From NCBI GenBank assembly GCA_902776415.1, contig CACYPY010000001.1:61893-125892 (forward strand): a stretch of DNA of 64,000 nucleotides. Reading direction: 5' to 3'. A model generated the notes under the pieces. It worked only from the letters and a program-made list of their open reading frames with translations, was not told the origin of the DNA and did not search any database. Both the position numbers and the translations under genes were made by a program. Positions 11,115 to 22,125 of the stretch are shown one piece after another; positions within the stretch are counted from its first letter, which is position 1, and every line of letters starts with the position of its first letter. Origin of the DNA: an uncultured Ruminobacter sp. GTDB taxonomy: Bacteria; Pseudomonadota; Gammaproteobacteria; Enterobacterales; Succinivibrionaceae.

Positions 11115-12512
11115 ATGGGTAAAACACTTTACGACAAGCTTTATGAATCACATATAGTCTGTGCCAGGGAAGGAGAGCTTCCGATTCTCTATGTTGACAG
11201 ACATCTGCTTCATGAAGTTACCAGCCCTCAGGCTTTCGCCGGACTGGCATTTCATAACAGAAAAATCCGCCGCCCGGAATGCACCTGGGCCACCATGGAT
11301 CACAATGTATCCACCACCTCAACCGATATCACGGCCTGCGGAGAACTGGGCCGGATTCAGATGCAGACACTGATTGACAACTGTCAGAAATTCAATGTTC
11401 CTCTTTACGGGCTTGGCCACAAATGGCAGGGCATCGTGCATGTTATCGGACCGCAGCTCGGCATCACGATTCCGGGCGTGACACTGGTGTGCGGCGACTC
11501 CCATACCGCCACTCACGGAGCCTTTGGGGCCCTGGCCTTCGGCATCGGCACCTCCGAGGTGGAGCATGTCATGGCCACCCAGACCATCAAGCAGCAGAAA
11601 TTCAAAAATATGAAAATCGAGGTTACCGGGAAGCTCCAGCCCGGAGTAACCGCCAAGGACGTGATTCTGGCCATTGCCGCCAAACTGGGAACCGGAGGCG
11701 GTACCGGCTATGCTGTGGAATTTACCGGAGATGCAGTGAAATCCCTGTCCATGGAGGGCCGCATGACCCTTTCCAACATGGCCATCGAAATGGGGGCCAA
11801 GGTCGGACTTATCGCTCCGGACGAAACCACCTTCAATTATGTCAATGGTCGTCCGTTTGCTCCTCAGGGAGAAATCTGGGAACAGGCTCTCGATTACTGG
11901 AAAACCCTGAAATCCGATGATGACGCCGTATGGGATGCCGAGGTAGTGCTAGACGGCAGCACCATTGCACCGATGGTCACCTGGGGCACCAATCCCGGTC
12001 AGGGAATCGGCATTGGCGATCTTATTCCGGCTCCGGAGGACTTTTCTGACGAAATTCAGCGGCATTCCTGCGAGAAAGCCCTGAAATACATGGATCTCAA
12101 GCCTCATACCAGACTCACAGATGTCAGAATTGACAAGGTATTTATCGGCTCCTGCACCAACGGCCGCATTGAGGATATCCGCGCTGCCGCCGCCGAAATC
12201 AAGGGACGCCATCTGGCACCGGGAGTAGTAGGAATTGTGGTTCCCGGTTCTCAGGAGGTGAAGACCGTCGCCGAACAGGAAGGTCTCGACAAGATCTTTA
12301 TTGCTGCGGGTTTCGAATGGAGACTTCCTGGATGTTCGGCATGTCTTGGCATGAACAGCGACAAAGTGCCGGCTGGTGAACGCTGTGCCAGCACCTCAAA
12401 CCGCAATTTTGAAGGCAGACAGGGACGCGGCGCCCGCACCCATCTGGTAAGCCCGGCCATGGCTGTTGCCGCCGGCATCGCCGGACATTTTGTAGACGTT
12501 CGCACATTCTAG
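11115..12512 (+). CDS. leuC: 3-isopropylmalate dehydratase large subunit
   Basis: [32 protein letters not shown] and [12 protein letters not shown] motifs. Confidence 0.97.
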   Translation: MGKTLYDKLYESHIVCAREGELPILYVDRHLLHEVTSPQAFAGLAFHNRKIRRPECTWATMDHNVSTTSTDITACGELGRIQMQTLIDNCQKFNVPLYGLGHKWQGIVHVIGPQLGITIPGVTLVCGDSHTATHGAFGALAFGIGTSEVEHVMATQTIKQQKFKNMKIEVTGKLQPGVTAKDVILAIAAKLGTGGGTGYAVEFTGDAVKSLSMEGRMTLSNMAIEMGAKVGLIAPDETTFNYVNGRPFAPQGEIWEQALDYWKTLKSDDDAVWDAEVVLDGSTIAPMVTWGTNPGQGIGIGDLIPAPEDFSDEIQRHSCEKALKYMDLKPHTRLTDVRIDKVFIGSCTNGRIEDIRAAAAEIKGRHLAPGVVGIVVPGSQEVKTVAEQEGLDKIFIAAGFEWRLPGCSACLGMNSDKVPAGERCASTSNRNFEGRQGRGARTHLVSPAMAVAAGIAGHFVDVRTF

Positions 12513-12521
12513 GAGACCATC

Positions 12522-13142
12522 ATGCAGAAATTTACCGTACACGAAGGACTGGCCATCCCCCTGGATGCCGCCAACGTAGATACCGATCAGATTATCCCCA
12601 AGCAATTCCTGCAGGCGGTAACCCGCACCGGTTTCGGAGTGCACCTGTTTAACGACTGGCGCTACCTGGACGAAGCCGGAACAAAACCGAATCCGGATTT
12701 CATTCTTAACTACCCCCGCTACAAGGGCGCCACCATTCTGGTAGCCCGGGAGAATTTCGGCAACGGATCCAGCCGCGAACACGCCCCGTGGGCTCTTCAG
12801 GACTACGGGTTCCGGGCCATTATCGCCTCCAGCTTTGCCGATATTTTCTACAACAATTCCCTGAACAACGGACTTCTTCTGGTAACCCTGAAGCCGGAGG
12901 AGGTAGACGCCCTGCATCGGGAAATCAACAGCCACGACGGTCAGAAAATCACGGTGGATCTGGAAAATATGACTGTTTCCTGCAACAGCCTGACCTTCTG
13001 CTTCCAGCTGGACAGTTTCAGAAGATATTGCCTCCTTAACGGCCTGGACAATATCGATCTTACTCTTCAGAACGAGGATGCCATTAAACTCTACGAATCG
13101 AAACTCCGGCCGTGGATTGTGGTACCTCCTGTGAATAACTGA
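12522..13142 (+). CDS. leuD: 3-isopropylmalate dehydratase small subunit
   Basis: [28 protein letters not shown] and SFADIFYNN motifs. Confidence 0.97.
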   Translation: MQKFTVHEGLAIPLDAANVDTDQIIPKQFLQAVTRTGFGVHLFNDWRYLDEAGTKPNPDFILNYPRYKGATILVARENFGNGSSREHAPWALQDYGFRAIIASSFADIFYNNSLNNGLLLVTLKPEEVDALHREINSHDGQKITVDLENMTVSCNSLTFCFQLDSFRRYCLLNGLDNIDLTLQNEDAIKLYESKLRPWIVVPPVNN

Positions 13143-13212
13143 CCCCCGGAAAAACTGTTAACAGTTTTTCGGTTCCGGCAATACCATCCGCCGGAATCCG
13201 AAATCCGGATTG

Positions 13213-13244
13213 CAAAAGCTCTGAACACCGTTCAGGGCTTTTTT
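13213..13244 (+). terminator. Intrinsic terminator after leuD
   Basis: AAAAGCTCTGAAC-ACC-GTTCAGGGCTTTTTT. Confidence 0.7.
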
Positions 13245-13441
13245 GATCCACAGAAGCCGAACGAAGCCGGCAATCCCACGTTTTTAGAGGGAAAATGGGA
13301 TCGTTTCTGAATAATTGCATTCCCAAATTTCATGTTTAAAAAGCAGATCTCACTTTTTAGGCCCTTGTTTGAGTAAACTCACACAGAAAAGTGCTTGTTA
13401 TGCCATAATTTACTACTACAGAACAAACAGGATTATCAGAT

Positions 13442-13741
13442 ATGGACAATACCAGAGAACGTCGCACATATATCCGCGTGGAGCTCCCGGTGGAATGCAC
13501 CATCCTTTTTGCCGGAAAAAAGTTGCCCGGAGAATGTCTCAACATCAGTGCGACAGGAATGTCCATAGCCGTAAAAACAAGTGTCAGTCTTAATATCGGG
13601 GATGAGGTTGAAATCCAGCTGGATGACTCCGACGATGATCTGCCACCACTGGATGCCAATGCCAAAGTGGTCAGGATTATTGACAAGGAAAACCGGAAAT
13701 ACGGAATTCAGTTTATCTCCAGAAAGGGAAAGGAAAACTGA
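13442..13741 (+). CDS. Stand-alone PilZ-domain protein (c-di-GMP receptor)
   Basis: RxxxR (ERRTYIR) and (D/N)xSxxG (NISATG) motifs; ends in YGIQF. Confidence 0.85.
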   Translation: MDNTRERRTYIRVELPVECTILFAGKKLPGECLNISATGMSIAVKTSVSLNIGDEVEIQLDDSDDDLPPLDANAKVVRIIDKENRKYGIQFISRKGKEN

Positions 13742-14059
13742 TTTGAGGCTTGCTGTGATGATTCCATTCCGGCATACGATTATTACCGAACAAAAGAGCG
13801 TTCCTGCTTTTTTATGCCCAGATCCTGATGAATCCACATTGGTCAGTAAACTTCCGGAATATTCAGTCCCAACTGTGAAATTGGAACTATAGGATCTGCC
13901 CATTGTCTCCTTACGGGATTATTCCCTCGGTCGCCTTGATCAGTCAATTCGGAGCTTGGGCAAAAACAAATAATGATAACGCGCTGTCAAACATAATCAT
14001 ACCAGGCAGACACGAATGATTTGTATTACAAATAGGATTGTAATCACAAGGATACCGGT

Positions 14060-14185
14060 ATATCCATATCTCTCAGATTGAACGAAACAGATACAGATAT
14101 CGTAAAAGCATACGCTCGAATGCAAGGTGTGTCTGTCTCAGAATTGATTCGCAGAATTGTCATGGATCATATTGAAGAAAAATGA
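14060..14185 (+). pseudogene. Decayed ribbon-helix-helix (DUF6290/RelB-like) antitoxin gene
   Basis: Not in the ORF track. Reads (ATA)SISLRLNETDTDIVKAYARMQGVSVSELIRRIVMDHIEEK*. ATA sits where ATG is expected after SD AAGGA, the stop is early, and no toxin follows. Confidence 0.7.
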
Positions 14186-14423
14186 TTGAGACGCTACGCC
14201 AGTTGCAGTAGCTAATATTAATTAAACAGCTCGAAAAAGTTCCTTCCCGCCTTTCTCCTCAATCTGACGACTTTTCCTTCTTTTCAGAGCGGTACCAAAC
14301 CCCAGACAAAAATCCCGGAACAGCGGGAGAAATCAATTCGGACCATCTCCTCGCAGTCCGGGACTATTCCGTTCTAAGTCCGGATGCCTGATGCAAAAAA
14401 CGGCTGCGGAAATGATAATCCCG

Positions 14424-16214
14424 TCACCGGCTCTTTACCTGAAGTTCCTCCTCATCCAGATCCAGAATATCAGTGTGGAACTCCCTAAGAGTACTCCGGT
14501 GTCCGACACTGATAACAACCGCCTCCGGCAGCACCTTGCCAAGCATGCTGTAAAGCCGCACCTCGTTTGTTTCGTCGAGAGCGCTGGTAACCTCGTCCAT
14601 AAACACCACGTCGGGCTTGTTGACAAAAGCTCTTAAGAACGAAATACGCTGCTGTTCGCCAAGGCTCAGCACATGATCCCACTGGTTGATAACATTCAGG
14701 CTTCCTGAAAGATACGAAAGCCCGACATCGTCCAGCAGTCTGACAAACAGATCATCGGTAACCAGTTCCCGGCTTCCGGGGTAGCATACGGCATCCTTGA
14801 GAGTACCCAGGGGCATGTAAGGCTTCTGACTCAGAAAAAGCACCCGGGCCCCCTCAGGAAAAGCAACCCGCCCCTCGGCATACGGCCAGATCCCGGCGAC
14901 AGTGCGGAGCAGCGTGGATTTCCCGCATCCGGAATGCCCCTTTATCAGAAGGCTTCTTCCGGGGGCCAGGGAAAAACCGAGATCCGGAATCAGCACGGTT
15001 CCGTCCGGCTTGGTTACCCTGACATGCTCCAGAGAAAGATCCCGGCCGTTTTTGTCGGGAACAATCCTGGGAAGACTGTCAGCAGCTCTGATGCTCTTTT
15101 CAAAGAGGGAAAGACGGTCAATCACCGCTTTCCATGCAGCCAGGGAGGTAAAGTTTTCAATAAGAGTCGAAAGAGAATCCTGCACCTTGCCGAAAGCGGA
15201 GTTAATCTGCATGATGCTGCCAAGAGTAATAATCTTCGCAAAATACATGGGCGCGGAAATCAGGATCGGAAAAATAACCGCCAGCTGAGCGTATCCCAGG
15301 GTGAAATATCCAATCTGCTTGGTTTTAACAATAAGATTGACGTAGTTATGAACCACATCCAAAAAGAGGCTGTTGAACCGCTTGCGCTCCTCAAGTTCGC
15401 CCTTGTAGATAGCCACGGACTCGGCATTCTCCCGCAGTCTGACCAGGGAGAAACGGAAATCCGCCTCATAGCGCTGCTGTCTGAAATTCAGGAGCACCAG
15501 GGGTCTTCCAATTATGAAGGTGAATACGGTACCGAAAGCTGCATAAATAATCGCAAGATAAAGGAGATATCCGTCCGGAAGCGATATTTCATACCCCATA
15601 ATCGGAAAGGTTACCGCCTCTGACAGTCCCCACAGCACGATGGCAAAGGTAATGAGCATTGAAAGATCAGTAAGGATGCTGATTACAATAGTGACCGTCA
15701 GGGACACAAACTGGGACAGATCCTCACTGATACGCTGATCCGGGTTATCGGTCTTCTGATCGGTAAGCTGCAATCTGTAAAAAGTGCCGTTTTCGGTATA
15801 GCGCCTGATGTATTCGGTAGTAAGCCACCTTCTCCAGCGTATCTCCATGGCGGAAATTATGTACCGCCGGTAGACCACCGCGCAGACATGAACCGTGGCC
15901 AAAAATCCGAAAAGCCACAGCATGCCGATAAAACCATCCAGATTGTAGGCCTGCATGAAATCCCAGAATCCCTTGTACCAGTCATTGAACTGCTTGGCCA
16001 GATAAATACTGAGAGCACTCAGCGCCACAATGCCTACCAGCATAATCCAGGCAAGTCCGCTCTCCCTAGTCTTCCAAAAGGGAACGGCAATTCTGAAGAA
16101 CGCCCTCACAGTATCAAAAATGCTCTGACTTTCATGCCTTTCGGGATTTTCCCCGTCAAAACGCCTTTTCCCAAAAACGCTCTGGCTCTGAACCGGCTTT
16201 TCCTTTCTTAACAC
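14424..16214 (-). CDS. ABC transporter fused permease/ATPase (YddA / ABCD-like, BacA-type)
   Basis: DNPDQRI, EADFRFSLVRLRENAE, Walker A GHSGCGKS, LSLGEQQR and Walker B DE; GTG start with SD GGAGG. Confidence 0.88.
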   Translation of the reverse strand: MLRKEKPVQSQSVFGKRRFDGENPERHESQSIFDTVRAFFRIAVPFWKTRESGLAWIMLVGIVALSALSIYLAKQFNDWYKGFWDFMQAYNLDGFIGMLWLFGFLATVHVCAVVYRRYIISAMEIRWRRWLTTEYIRRYTENGTFYRLQLTDQKTDNPDQRISEDLSQFVSLTVTIVISILTDLSMLITFAIVLWGLSEAVTFPIMGYEISLPDGYLLYLAIIYAAFGTVFTFIIGRPLVLLNFRQQRYEADFRFSLVRLRENAESVAIYKGELEERKRFNSLFLDVVHNYVNLIVKTKQIGYFTLGYAQLAVIFPILISAPMYFAKIITLGSIMQINSAFGKVQDSLSTLIENFTSLAAWKAVIDRLSLFEKSIRAADSLPRIVPDKNGRDLSLEHVRVTKPDGTVLIPDLGFSLAPGRSLLIKGHSGCGKSTLLRTVAGIWPYAEGRVAFPEGARVLFLSQKPYMPLGTLKDAVCYPGSRELVTDDLFVRLLDDVGLSYLSGSLNVINQWDHVLSLGEQQRISFLRAFVNKPDVVFMDEVTSALDETNEVRLYSMLGKVLPEAVVISVGHRSTLREFHTDILDLDEEELQVKSR

Positions 16215-16303
16215 AAATCCTCCCGTTATATTCAGTTACAGGCAATCCGACTCCAAAATCAAAAAACAGAGAATCCGAACCTTTAGCTTTATTAGCAACT
16301 CTC

Positions 16304-17128
16304 CTAATTGCCGCCGAATTCCCTGCTGAGAATCCTGTCTATTACATAGGCCACACCGCTTTCGTTATTTCCCGGAGCAATGAAATCTGCCCTTTCCTTA
16401 AGCGAACTTACACCGTTCTCCATCACTACGCCCAGACCGGCGCAGTCAATCATATGAACGTCATTTCCGGCATCTCCCAGGGCCACCGAGGCGGACAGGG
16501 GGATATCAAGATAGCCGCAGAGCTGCTCCAGGGCCGCTCCCTTGGAGGTTCTGGCATTCATCACCTCCAGAAAGCAATACATGCTGCGCACCACGGTAAA
16601 GGATCCGCAAAGATCCTGAAACTCCTTTTCTGCCCTGTCCAGCTGATCCTCGGTTCCGAGAAACATGAATTTGAAAAACTCCTCATCGTCAGGAATGTCT
16701 TCCATGGAGACTTTTTGAGCGCCGATACGGTTTATCCGCATCTCGATATCGGTAGCAAAGTTATCCTCCTCATAGATAAGCCCGCGGTCTTCGGAAAAGG
16801 CATGCCAGTAAAGTCCGGCCTTCCGGGCCCTCTCTGCCAGGAGACGCACCTCGCACCCGGCAAGAATTATTCTTGATATCAGTCTTTCCGATGCAGTCTC
16901 GTATACCGCGGCCCCGTTAAAGCAGATGGCATAATGCCCAGGACTCTTAAGATCCAGAGCTCCGGCATAATTCATAAGCCCCTCATAGGGTCTTCCGGTG
17001 GCCGGAACAAACAGAATCCCCGCCTGCTCTGCCTTCCTTATGCTTTCTATGTTCTTATCCGAAATAGTTTTGTCATCATTAAGCAGGGTGCCATCCATAT
17101 CGGAAGCGATAATTCTAAACTCAGTCAT
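16304..17128 (-). CDS. Cof-type HAD-IIB phosphatase (YidA-like)
   Basis: DMDGTLL, ATGR, SKG and GDAGND motifs. Confidence 0.9.
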   Translation of the reverse strand: MTEFRIIASDMDGTLLNDDKTISDKNIESIRKAEQAGILFVPATGRPYEGLMNYAGALDLKSPGHYAICFNGAAVYETASERLISRIILAGCEVRLLAERARKAGLYWHAFSEDRGLIYEEDNFATDIEMRINRIGAQKVSMEDIPDDEEFFKFMFLGTEDQLDRAEKEFQDLCGSFTVVRSMYCFLEVMNARTSKGAALEQLCGYLDIPLSASVALGDAGNDVHMIDCAGLGVVMENGVSSLKERADFIAPGNNESGVAYVIDRILSREFGGN

Positions 17129-17555
17129 ACTGTGCAGGTCCTCTGAAGTCCGGCATCGGCCTGTGCCGTTTACGCGCCTCTGACATTTCTGTCTTCGGGA
17201 TGCAGTCTATCACACATAGTCTGTTTTTTGCCCGTTTGTTTTTGACAGTCTGTCATTGCCATATGCTTTTGTCAGTCCGCTTCGTTCCTGCCGCCGTTGT
17301 GCACGTTTGCTAAAATACCGGCATGTCCCGGAACACGGTGTAAAAAATGCTGCTTCACCCCTGGTTTAGACCATGAACAAAGCCGCTCCGGGGTTAGTAT
17401 TATTGGGGAATGAGACACTTCCGGACTCCCGAAAACTCAATTCCAGCAAATTAACCTTTTTTGGGACATGCCAAAATACCTTCCGAATCCGTACCCAGTC
17501 CGGCGCAAAAAACCGGCAGCACCAGAGCCGGGATACTGCAAACAGAAAACGCACA

Positions 17556-17588
17556 AAAAGAAAATGCCATGAAATTCATCATGGCATT
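17556..17588 (-). terminator. Intrinsic terminator after hup
   Basis: Stem AATGCCATGA/TCATGGCATT followed by a T-rich tract on the minus strand. Confidence 0.7.
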
Positions 17589-17661
17589 ACAACCTCCGAC
17601 CCTGGTTCCGCAGCAATCACAAACTGTCATTCTGCAACAACCATACAGTAAAACACAGCGC

Positions 17662-17949
17662 TTACTTTTCAGAATTCTTGTTTATCAAATCCTTGAAGGT
17701 CTTCCCGGCAGTAAATGCCGGCACGCTGCATGCGGGAATCTTAACCGGTTCGTTATTGCGCGGATTCCGGCCTTCTCTCGGAGCACGGTAGTTAACCTTG
17801 AAGGTACCAAAACCGACGAGACTCACACTGTCGCCGTCCACCAGAGCAGACTGAACAGCCTTCATGAAAGCCTCTACCGCATCATGGGCATCGCTCTTCT
17901 TCAGACCAGAACGTTCAGCAACGGCATCAATTAATTCCGACTTTCTCAT
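17662..17949 (-). CDS. hupA: DNA-binding protein HU
   Basis: MRKSELIDAVA...LVGFGTF...GRNP...PAF. The alpha assignment is inferred from proximity to purHD/yjaG as in E. coli. Confidence 0.85.
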   Translation of the reverse strand: MRKSELIDAVAERSGLKKSDAHDAVEAFMKAVQSALVDGDSVSLVGFGTFKVNYRAPREGRNPRNNEPVKIPACSVPAFTAGKTFKDLINKNSEK

Positions 17950-18077
17950 TACCTGTCTACCTTTATTTTATAATTATTACAGACTACAAACCCACGATCA
18001 AAATTAACCAAGACGATGAAAAAAAACAACAGGTTTTTAAGGTCTGCACAATATTGGATCTCAGAATTTTGCTGATG

Positions 18078-18093
18078 TGTAATAAAGATCACA
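18078..18093. promoter_or_regulatory. CRP-like site between divergent hup and purH
   Basis: TGTAA-N6-TCACA, 9/10 match to the TGTGA-N6-TCACA core. Confidence 0.45.
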
Positions 18094-18261
18094 TTTTGAA
18101 CCATCGTTACAATGTGGTAAAATCATGCGAAATCCGGAGCTTTAACGGCTATACCGGCGGATCGCCCGGCTTTTCAGTGGTCTCGGTTACCGCTGTACAA
18201 AGCGCCATCAGAATTTCCCCGGGGGCATAGCTCCCAGAAAACTTGCCAGAGGTTCGATTTA

Positions 18262-19854
18262 ATGGATAATGCACGTCCCATCCGCAGAGCACTCATCAGC
18301 GTATCTGATAAGAGCGGAGTTGTAGATTTTGCACGCGCTCTTCAGGAACGCGGTGTTGATATTCTTTCCACAGGCGGCACTGCAAAGTTGCTTGCCGATT
18401 CGGGAATCAGGGTTACCGAAGTCAGCGACTATACCGGCTTCCCCGAAATGATGGGAGGCCGCGTAAAGACTCTGCACCCCAAGGTTCACGGCGGCATCCT
18501 CGGTCGGAGGGGTATTGACGACGAGGTGATGGCGGAGCATGACATCAAGCCTATCGATTTGGTTTGCGTTAATCTCTATCCTTTCGCTGCCACCGTTGCA
18601 AAGCCTGACTGCACTCTTGAAAATGCCATCGAAAACATTGATATCGGCGGCCCCACCATGGTAAGGAGCGCTGCCAAGAACTTCAAGGATGTGGCAATTG
18701 TGGTAAATGCCGTCGATTACAGCCGTATCATCAGCGAAATGGATGCCAATAACGGCTCCCTGACCTGGGAAACCCGCTTTGATCTTTCCATCGCCGCCTT
18801 TGAACATACTGCCGCCTACGACGGGATGATTGCCAACTACTTCGGAACCAAGGTTCCCCAGTACGGCATCAGAAGCGAAGAATCCGCAGAGCCCAGATTC
18901 CCGAGGACTTTCAATGCCCAGTTCATCAAGAAGCAGGAACTCCGTTACGGCGAGAACGGCCATCAGGCAGCTGCCTTCTATGTCGAGAAGGACTACACCA
19001 ACCCCAGCATCTCCACCGCCGTGCAGCTTAACGGCAAGGAGCTTTCCTTCAACAACATTTCCGACACAGATGCCGCTTTGGAATGTTGCAAGGAATTTTC
19101 CGAACCGGCCTGCGTCATTGTAAAACATGCCAATCCGTGCGGCGTGGCCCTGGGCAGGGATATCCTTGAAGCTTATGAGAAGGCCTTTAAGACTGACCCT
19201 ACATCAGCCTTTGGCGGCATCATCGCTTTCAACAGAGAGCTTGACGAACAGACTGCTGCCAAAATCCTGGCCAATCAGTTCTGCGAGGTTATCATTGCCC
19301 CCAGGGTTTCCGAGGCTGCCAGACAGGTGGTATCCGCCAAGAAGGGGATCAGACTTTTGGAATGCGGCTTCTGGGAAAAGAGGATTCCGGCACTGGAATA
19401 CAAACGGGTAACCGGCGGTCTTCTGGTTCAGGATACCGATATCGCCACCTATGTCAAAGACGACCTAAAGGTTGTAACAAAGAGAGCCCCTACTCAGGAT
19501 GAGATGGATGAACTCCTGTTTGCCTGGAACGTGGTCAAGTACACCAAATCCAATGCCATCGTTTATACCAGGGACAGAATGACCATCGGGGTGGGCTGTG
19601 GTCAGATGAGCCGGGTATTCTCCGCCGAAATCGCCGTAACCAAGGCTGAACGCGAAGGGCTCAGTGTAGCCGGCTCCGTGCTGGCCTCCGATGCCTTCTT
19701 CCCGTTCCGTGACAGCGTGGACGCCGCTCACAAGGCCGGCATTACCTGCATCATTCAGCCGGGCGGGTCCATCCGGGATCAGGAAAGCATTGATGCCTGC
19801 GATGAATACGGCATGGCCATGGTATTTACCGGCATAAGACATTTCAGACACTAA
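18262..19854 (+). CDS. purH: Bifunctional AICAR formyltransferase/IMP cyclohydrolase
   Basis: [44 protein letters not shown] and RHFRH motifs. Confidence 0.97.
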   Translation: MDNARPIRRALISVSDKSGVVDFARALQERGVDILSTGGTAKLLADSGIRVTEVSDYTGFPEMMGGRVKTLHPKVHGGILGRRGIDDEVMAEHDIKPIDLVCVNLYPFAATVAKPDCTLENAIENIDIGGPTMVRSAAKNFKDVAIVVNAVDYSRIISEMDANNGSLTWETRFDLSIAAFEHTAAYDGMIANYFGTKVPQYGIRSEESAEPRFPRTFNAQFIKKQELRYGENGHQAAAFYVEKDYTNPSISTAVQLNGKELSFNNISDTDAALECCKEFSEPACVIVKHANPCGVALGRDILEAYEKAFKTDPTSAFGGIIAFNRELDEQTAAKILANQFCEVIIAPRVSEAARQVVSAKKGIRLLECGFWEKRIPALEYKRVTGGLLVQDTDIATYVKDDLKVVTKRAPTQDEMDELLFAWNVVKYTKSNAIVYTRDRMTIGVGCGQMSRVFSAEIAVTKAEREGLSVAGSVLASDAFFPFRDSVDAAHKAGITCIIQPGGSIRDQESIDACDEYGMAMVFTGIRHFRH

Positions 19855-19910
19855 TTTTTAATTGATGAGGGAGAGAAAACGTGCTCTCCCTTTTTTAATC
19901 AGGAAACTTT

Positions 19911-21197
19911 ATGAAGGTTTTAGTTATCGGAAACGGCGGGCGCGAGCATGCCCTGGCATGGAAGGCTGCCTCCTCCCCCCTGGTAAGCCAGGTATTTGTT
20001 GCTCCTGGAAATCCGGGCACTGCCGGAGAGAACAAGGTTGAAAATATTGCCATCGGAGCTGAGGATATCCCGGCCCTCAGGGACTTTGCCGTTAAAAACG
20101 GCATCGACCTGACCATTGTGGGCCCCGAAGCTCCGCTGGTTATGGGAATCACCGATGCATTCACGGAAGCCGGCCTGAAAATTTTCGGACCGAGTAAGGC
20201 CGCCGCCCGGCTGGAAGGCTCCAAGTCATTTACCAAGGACTTTCTGGAGAGACACCATATCCCTACCGCAAAATACCGGACCTTTACGGAAACCGAACCG
20301 GCCCTGGCATATCTCAGGGAACACGGTGCTCCTGTGGTGGTAAAGGCTGACGGTCTGGCTGCAGGCAAGGGCGTTATTGTCGCCATGGATCTGGAAACCG
20401 CCGAAAACGCCGTCCGGGACATGCTGTCCGGAAACGCATTCGGCGCCGCGGGATCCCGGGTGGTTATCGAGGATTTCCTTGAGGGAGAAGAGGCCTCGTT
20501 CATCGTCATGACCGACGGCGATCATGTGGTTCCCATGGCTACCAGCCAGGATCACAAGAGAGTCGGCGACGGGGACACCGGTCTCAATACCGGCGGGATG
20601 GGGGCCTATTCCCCTGCTCCGGTGGTTACCCGGGAGGTCTATCAGCGGGTAATGGACGAGATCATTTTCCCGACCATCAAAGGAATGAAAGCCGAAGGCT
20701 GCAAATACGTGGGCTTCCTTTATGCCGGGCTTATGATAGACAGCACCGGAGCACCGAAGGTTATTGAATTCAACTGCCGTTTCGGAGATCCGGAAACCCA
20801 GCCTGTCATGATGAGAATGAAGAGCGACCTCGCCGATCTCTGTCTCAGGGCAGTAAACGGAGAACTGGAGAATGGCGATGCCGAGTATGATCCCCGGCCG
20901 GCAGTAGGCGTGGTTCTCGCCGCTCAGGGCTACCCGGCAAAGCCTAAAAAGGGCGACGTCATCAGCGGTCTTGACACTCCTTCTGCCCCGGATACCAAAA
21001 TATTCCAGGCCGGTACCAGAATTTCAGACGGTCAGGTGGTAACAAGCGGCGGACGGGTGCTCTGCGCCACTGCTTTGGGAAATACCGTGTCGGAAGCGCA
21101 GGAAAAAGCCTATGCGCTGGCCCGAACCGTTTCCTGGGATGGTATGTTCTTCCGGCACGATATCGCCTACCGGGCCATAAGACGCGAAAAGCAGTAA
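19911..21197 (+). CDS. purD: Phosphoribosylamine-glycine ligase
   Basis: GNGGREHALA, LEGSK, KADGLAAGKGV, NTGGMGAYSP and EFNCRFGDPETQ motifs. Confidence 0.97.
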   Translation: MKVLVIGNGGREHALAWKAASSPLVSQVFVAPGNPGTAGENKVENIAIGAEDIPALRDFAVKNGIDLTIVGPEAPLVMGITDAFTEAGLKIFGPSKAAARLEGSKSFTKDFLERHHIPTAKYRTFTETEPALAYLREHGAPVVVKADGLAAGKGVIVAMDLETAENAVRDMLSGNAFGAAGSRVVIEDFLEGEEASFIVMTDGDHVVPMATSQDHKRVGDGDTGLNTGGMGAYSPAPVVTREVYQRVMDEIIFPTIKGMKAEGCKYVGFLYAGLMIDSTGAPKVIEFNCRFGDPETQPVMMRMKSDLADLCLRAVNGELENGDAEYDPRPAVGVVLAAQGYPAKPKKGDVISGLDTPSAPDTKIFQAGTRISDGQVVTSGGRVLCATALGNTVSEAQEKAYALARTVSWDGMFFRHDIAYRAIRREKQ

Positions 21198-21219
21198 TTC
21201 TGCTGCCGCATATTCTGAC

Positions 21220-21249
21220 AAAGACAGCTCTGCGCTGTCTTTATTTTTT
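21220..21249 (+). terminator. Intrinsic terminator after purD
   Basis: AAAGACAGC-TCTGC-GCTGTCTTT-ATTTTTT. Confidence 0.75.
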
Positions 21250-21317
21250 GCCGGACTTAACAGCGATCAGCGATCCTGTTTCTCCGGGATCGGATTTATT
21301 GAAACAGGGACAGTCAG

Positions 21318-22100
21318 ATGCTTCAGACCGTTATTGAACAGATTACTCTATTTTTTACCGGCTTTCTCGCAAATGTTCTGGCCTCGCTTTCCGGAGGCGG
21401 CGCCGGATTCGTGCAGCTTCCGGTGCTGATTTTCATGGGACTCGGATTTACCGAGGCTCTCGGCACTCACAAGGTGGCCGTGGTGGCTCTGGGCATGGGA
21501 TCCTATGCCAGAAACCATGAACTCAGGAGCATCAACAGGATAATTGCCGCCGAGATGATTCTCATAGGATGTCCCGCGGTAGTTCTGGGATCATGCCTGG
21601 TAACTCTGGTTGCGGACTGGCTGGCCGAACTAATTCTGGGAATAATCACCATAGCCTCGGTAATATATTCCATCCTGAGAAAGGATTTCGGGCTGGAAAA
21701 TCATGAAAACTCCCTTACAGTCAGGGATTACATTCTGGGAGGCTTTTTAATCGCCCTTACCGGCATGCTCAGCGGTTCCTTTTCCTCGGGAGCCGGTCTT
21801 ATCGGCATTATGGTGCTGGTAATGTGGTTCAGACAGGATATCAAAAAGGCCATTCACCACTCCATGATCTTTATCGCCCTTCTGTGGAACTTTATCGGGG
21901 CCTTCACACTGGGAACCGTGGCGGTAATACACTGGGCCTGGGTGCCGATGCTGACCCTGGGAGCATTCATGGGAGGCTTTGCAGGAACCATGATTATCAA
22001 AAAGGTTAACGCTGTTTTTATCAAAAAGCTTTTTCAGAGCATCATGATCCTGAGCGGAATCCTGCTGCTATTTAAAAGCTGGCAGCACTTCGGCGGCTGA
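21318..22100 (+). CDS. TSUP / TauE-SafE family membrane transporter
   Basis: About 8 hydrophobic segments, GGGAG and SSGAG repeats, ALGTHK. Confidence 0.8.
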   Translation: MLQTVIEQITLFFTGFLANVLASLSGGGAGFVQLPVLIFMGLGFTEALGTHKVAVVALGMGSYARNHELRSINRIIAAEMILIGCPAVVLGSCLVTLVADWLAELILGIITIASVIYSILRKDFGLENHENSLTVRDYILGGFLIALTGMLSGSFSSGAGLIGIMVLVMWFRQDIKKAIHHSMIFIALLWNFIGAFTLGTVAVIHWAWVPMLTLGAFMGGFAGTMIIKKVNAVFIKKLFQSIMILSGILLLFKSWQHFGG

Positions 22101-22125
22101 AGACCGGAAACGGCGGAGACTGCAA

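Noticed and set aside
18120-18261. ZTP (pfl) riboswitch upstream of purH
   Set aside because: I could not find the conserved GACUG/GGGGA/CGCCUGGG elements; an Rfam scan would settle it.
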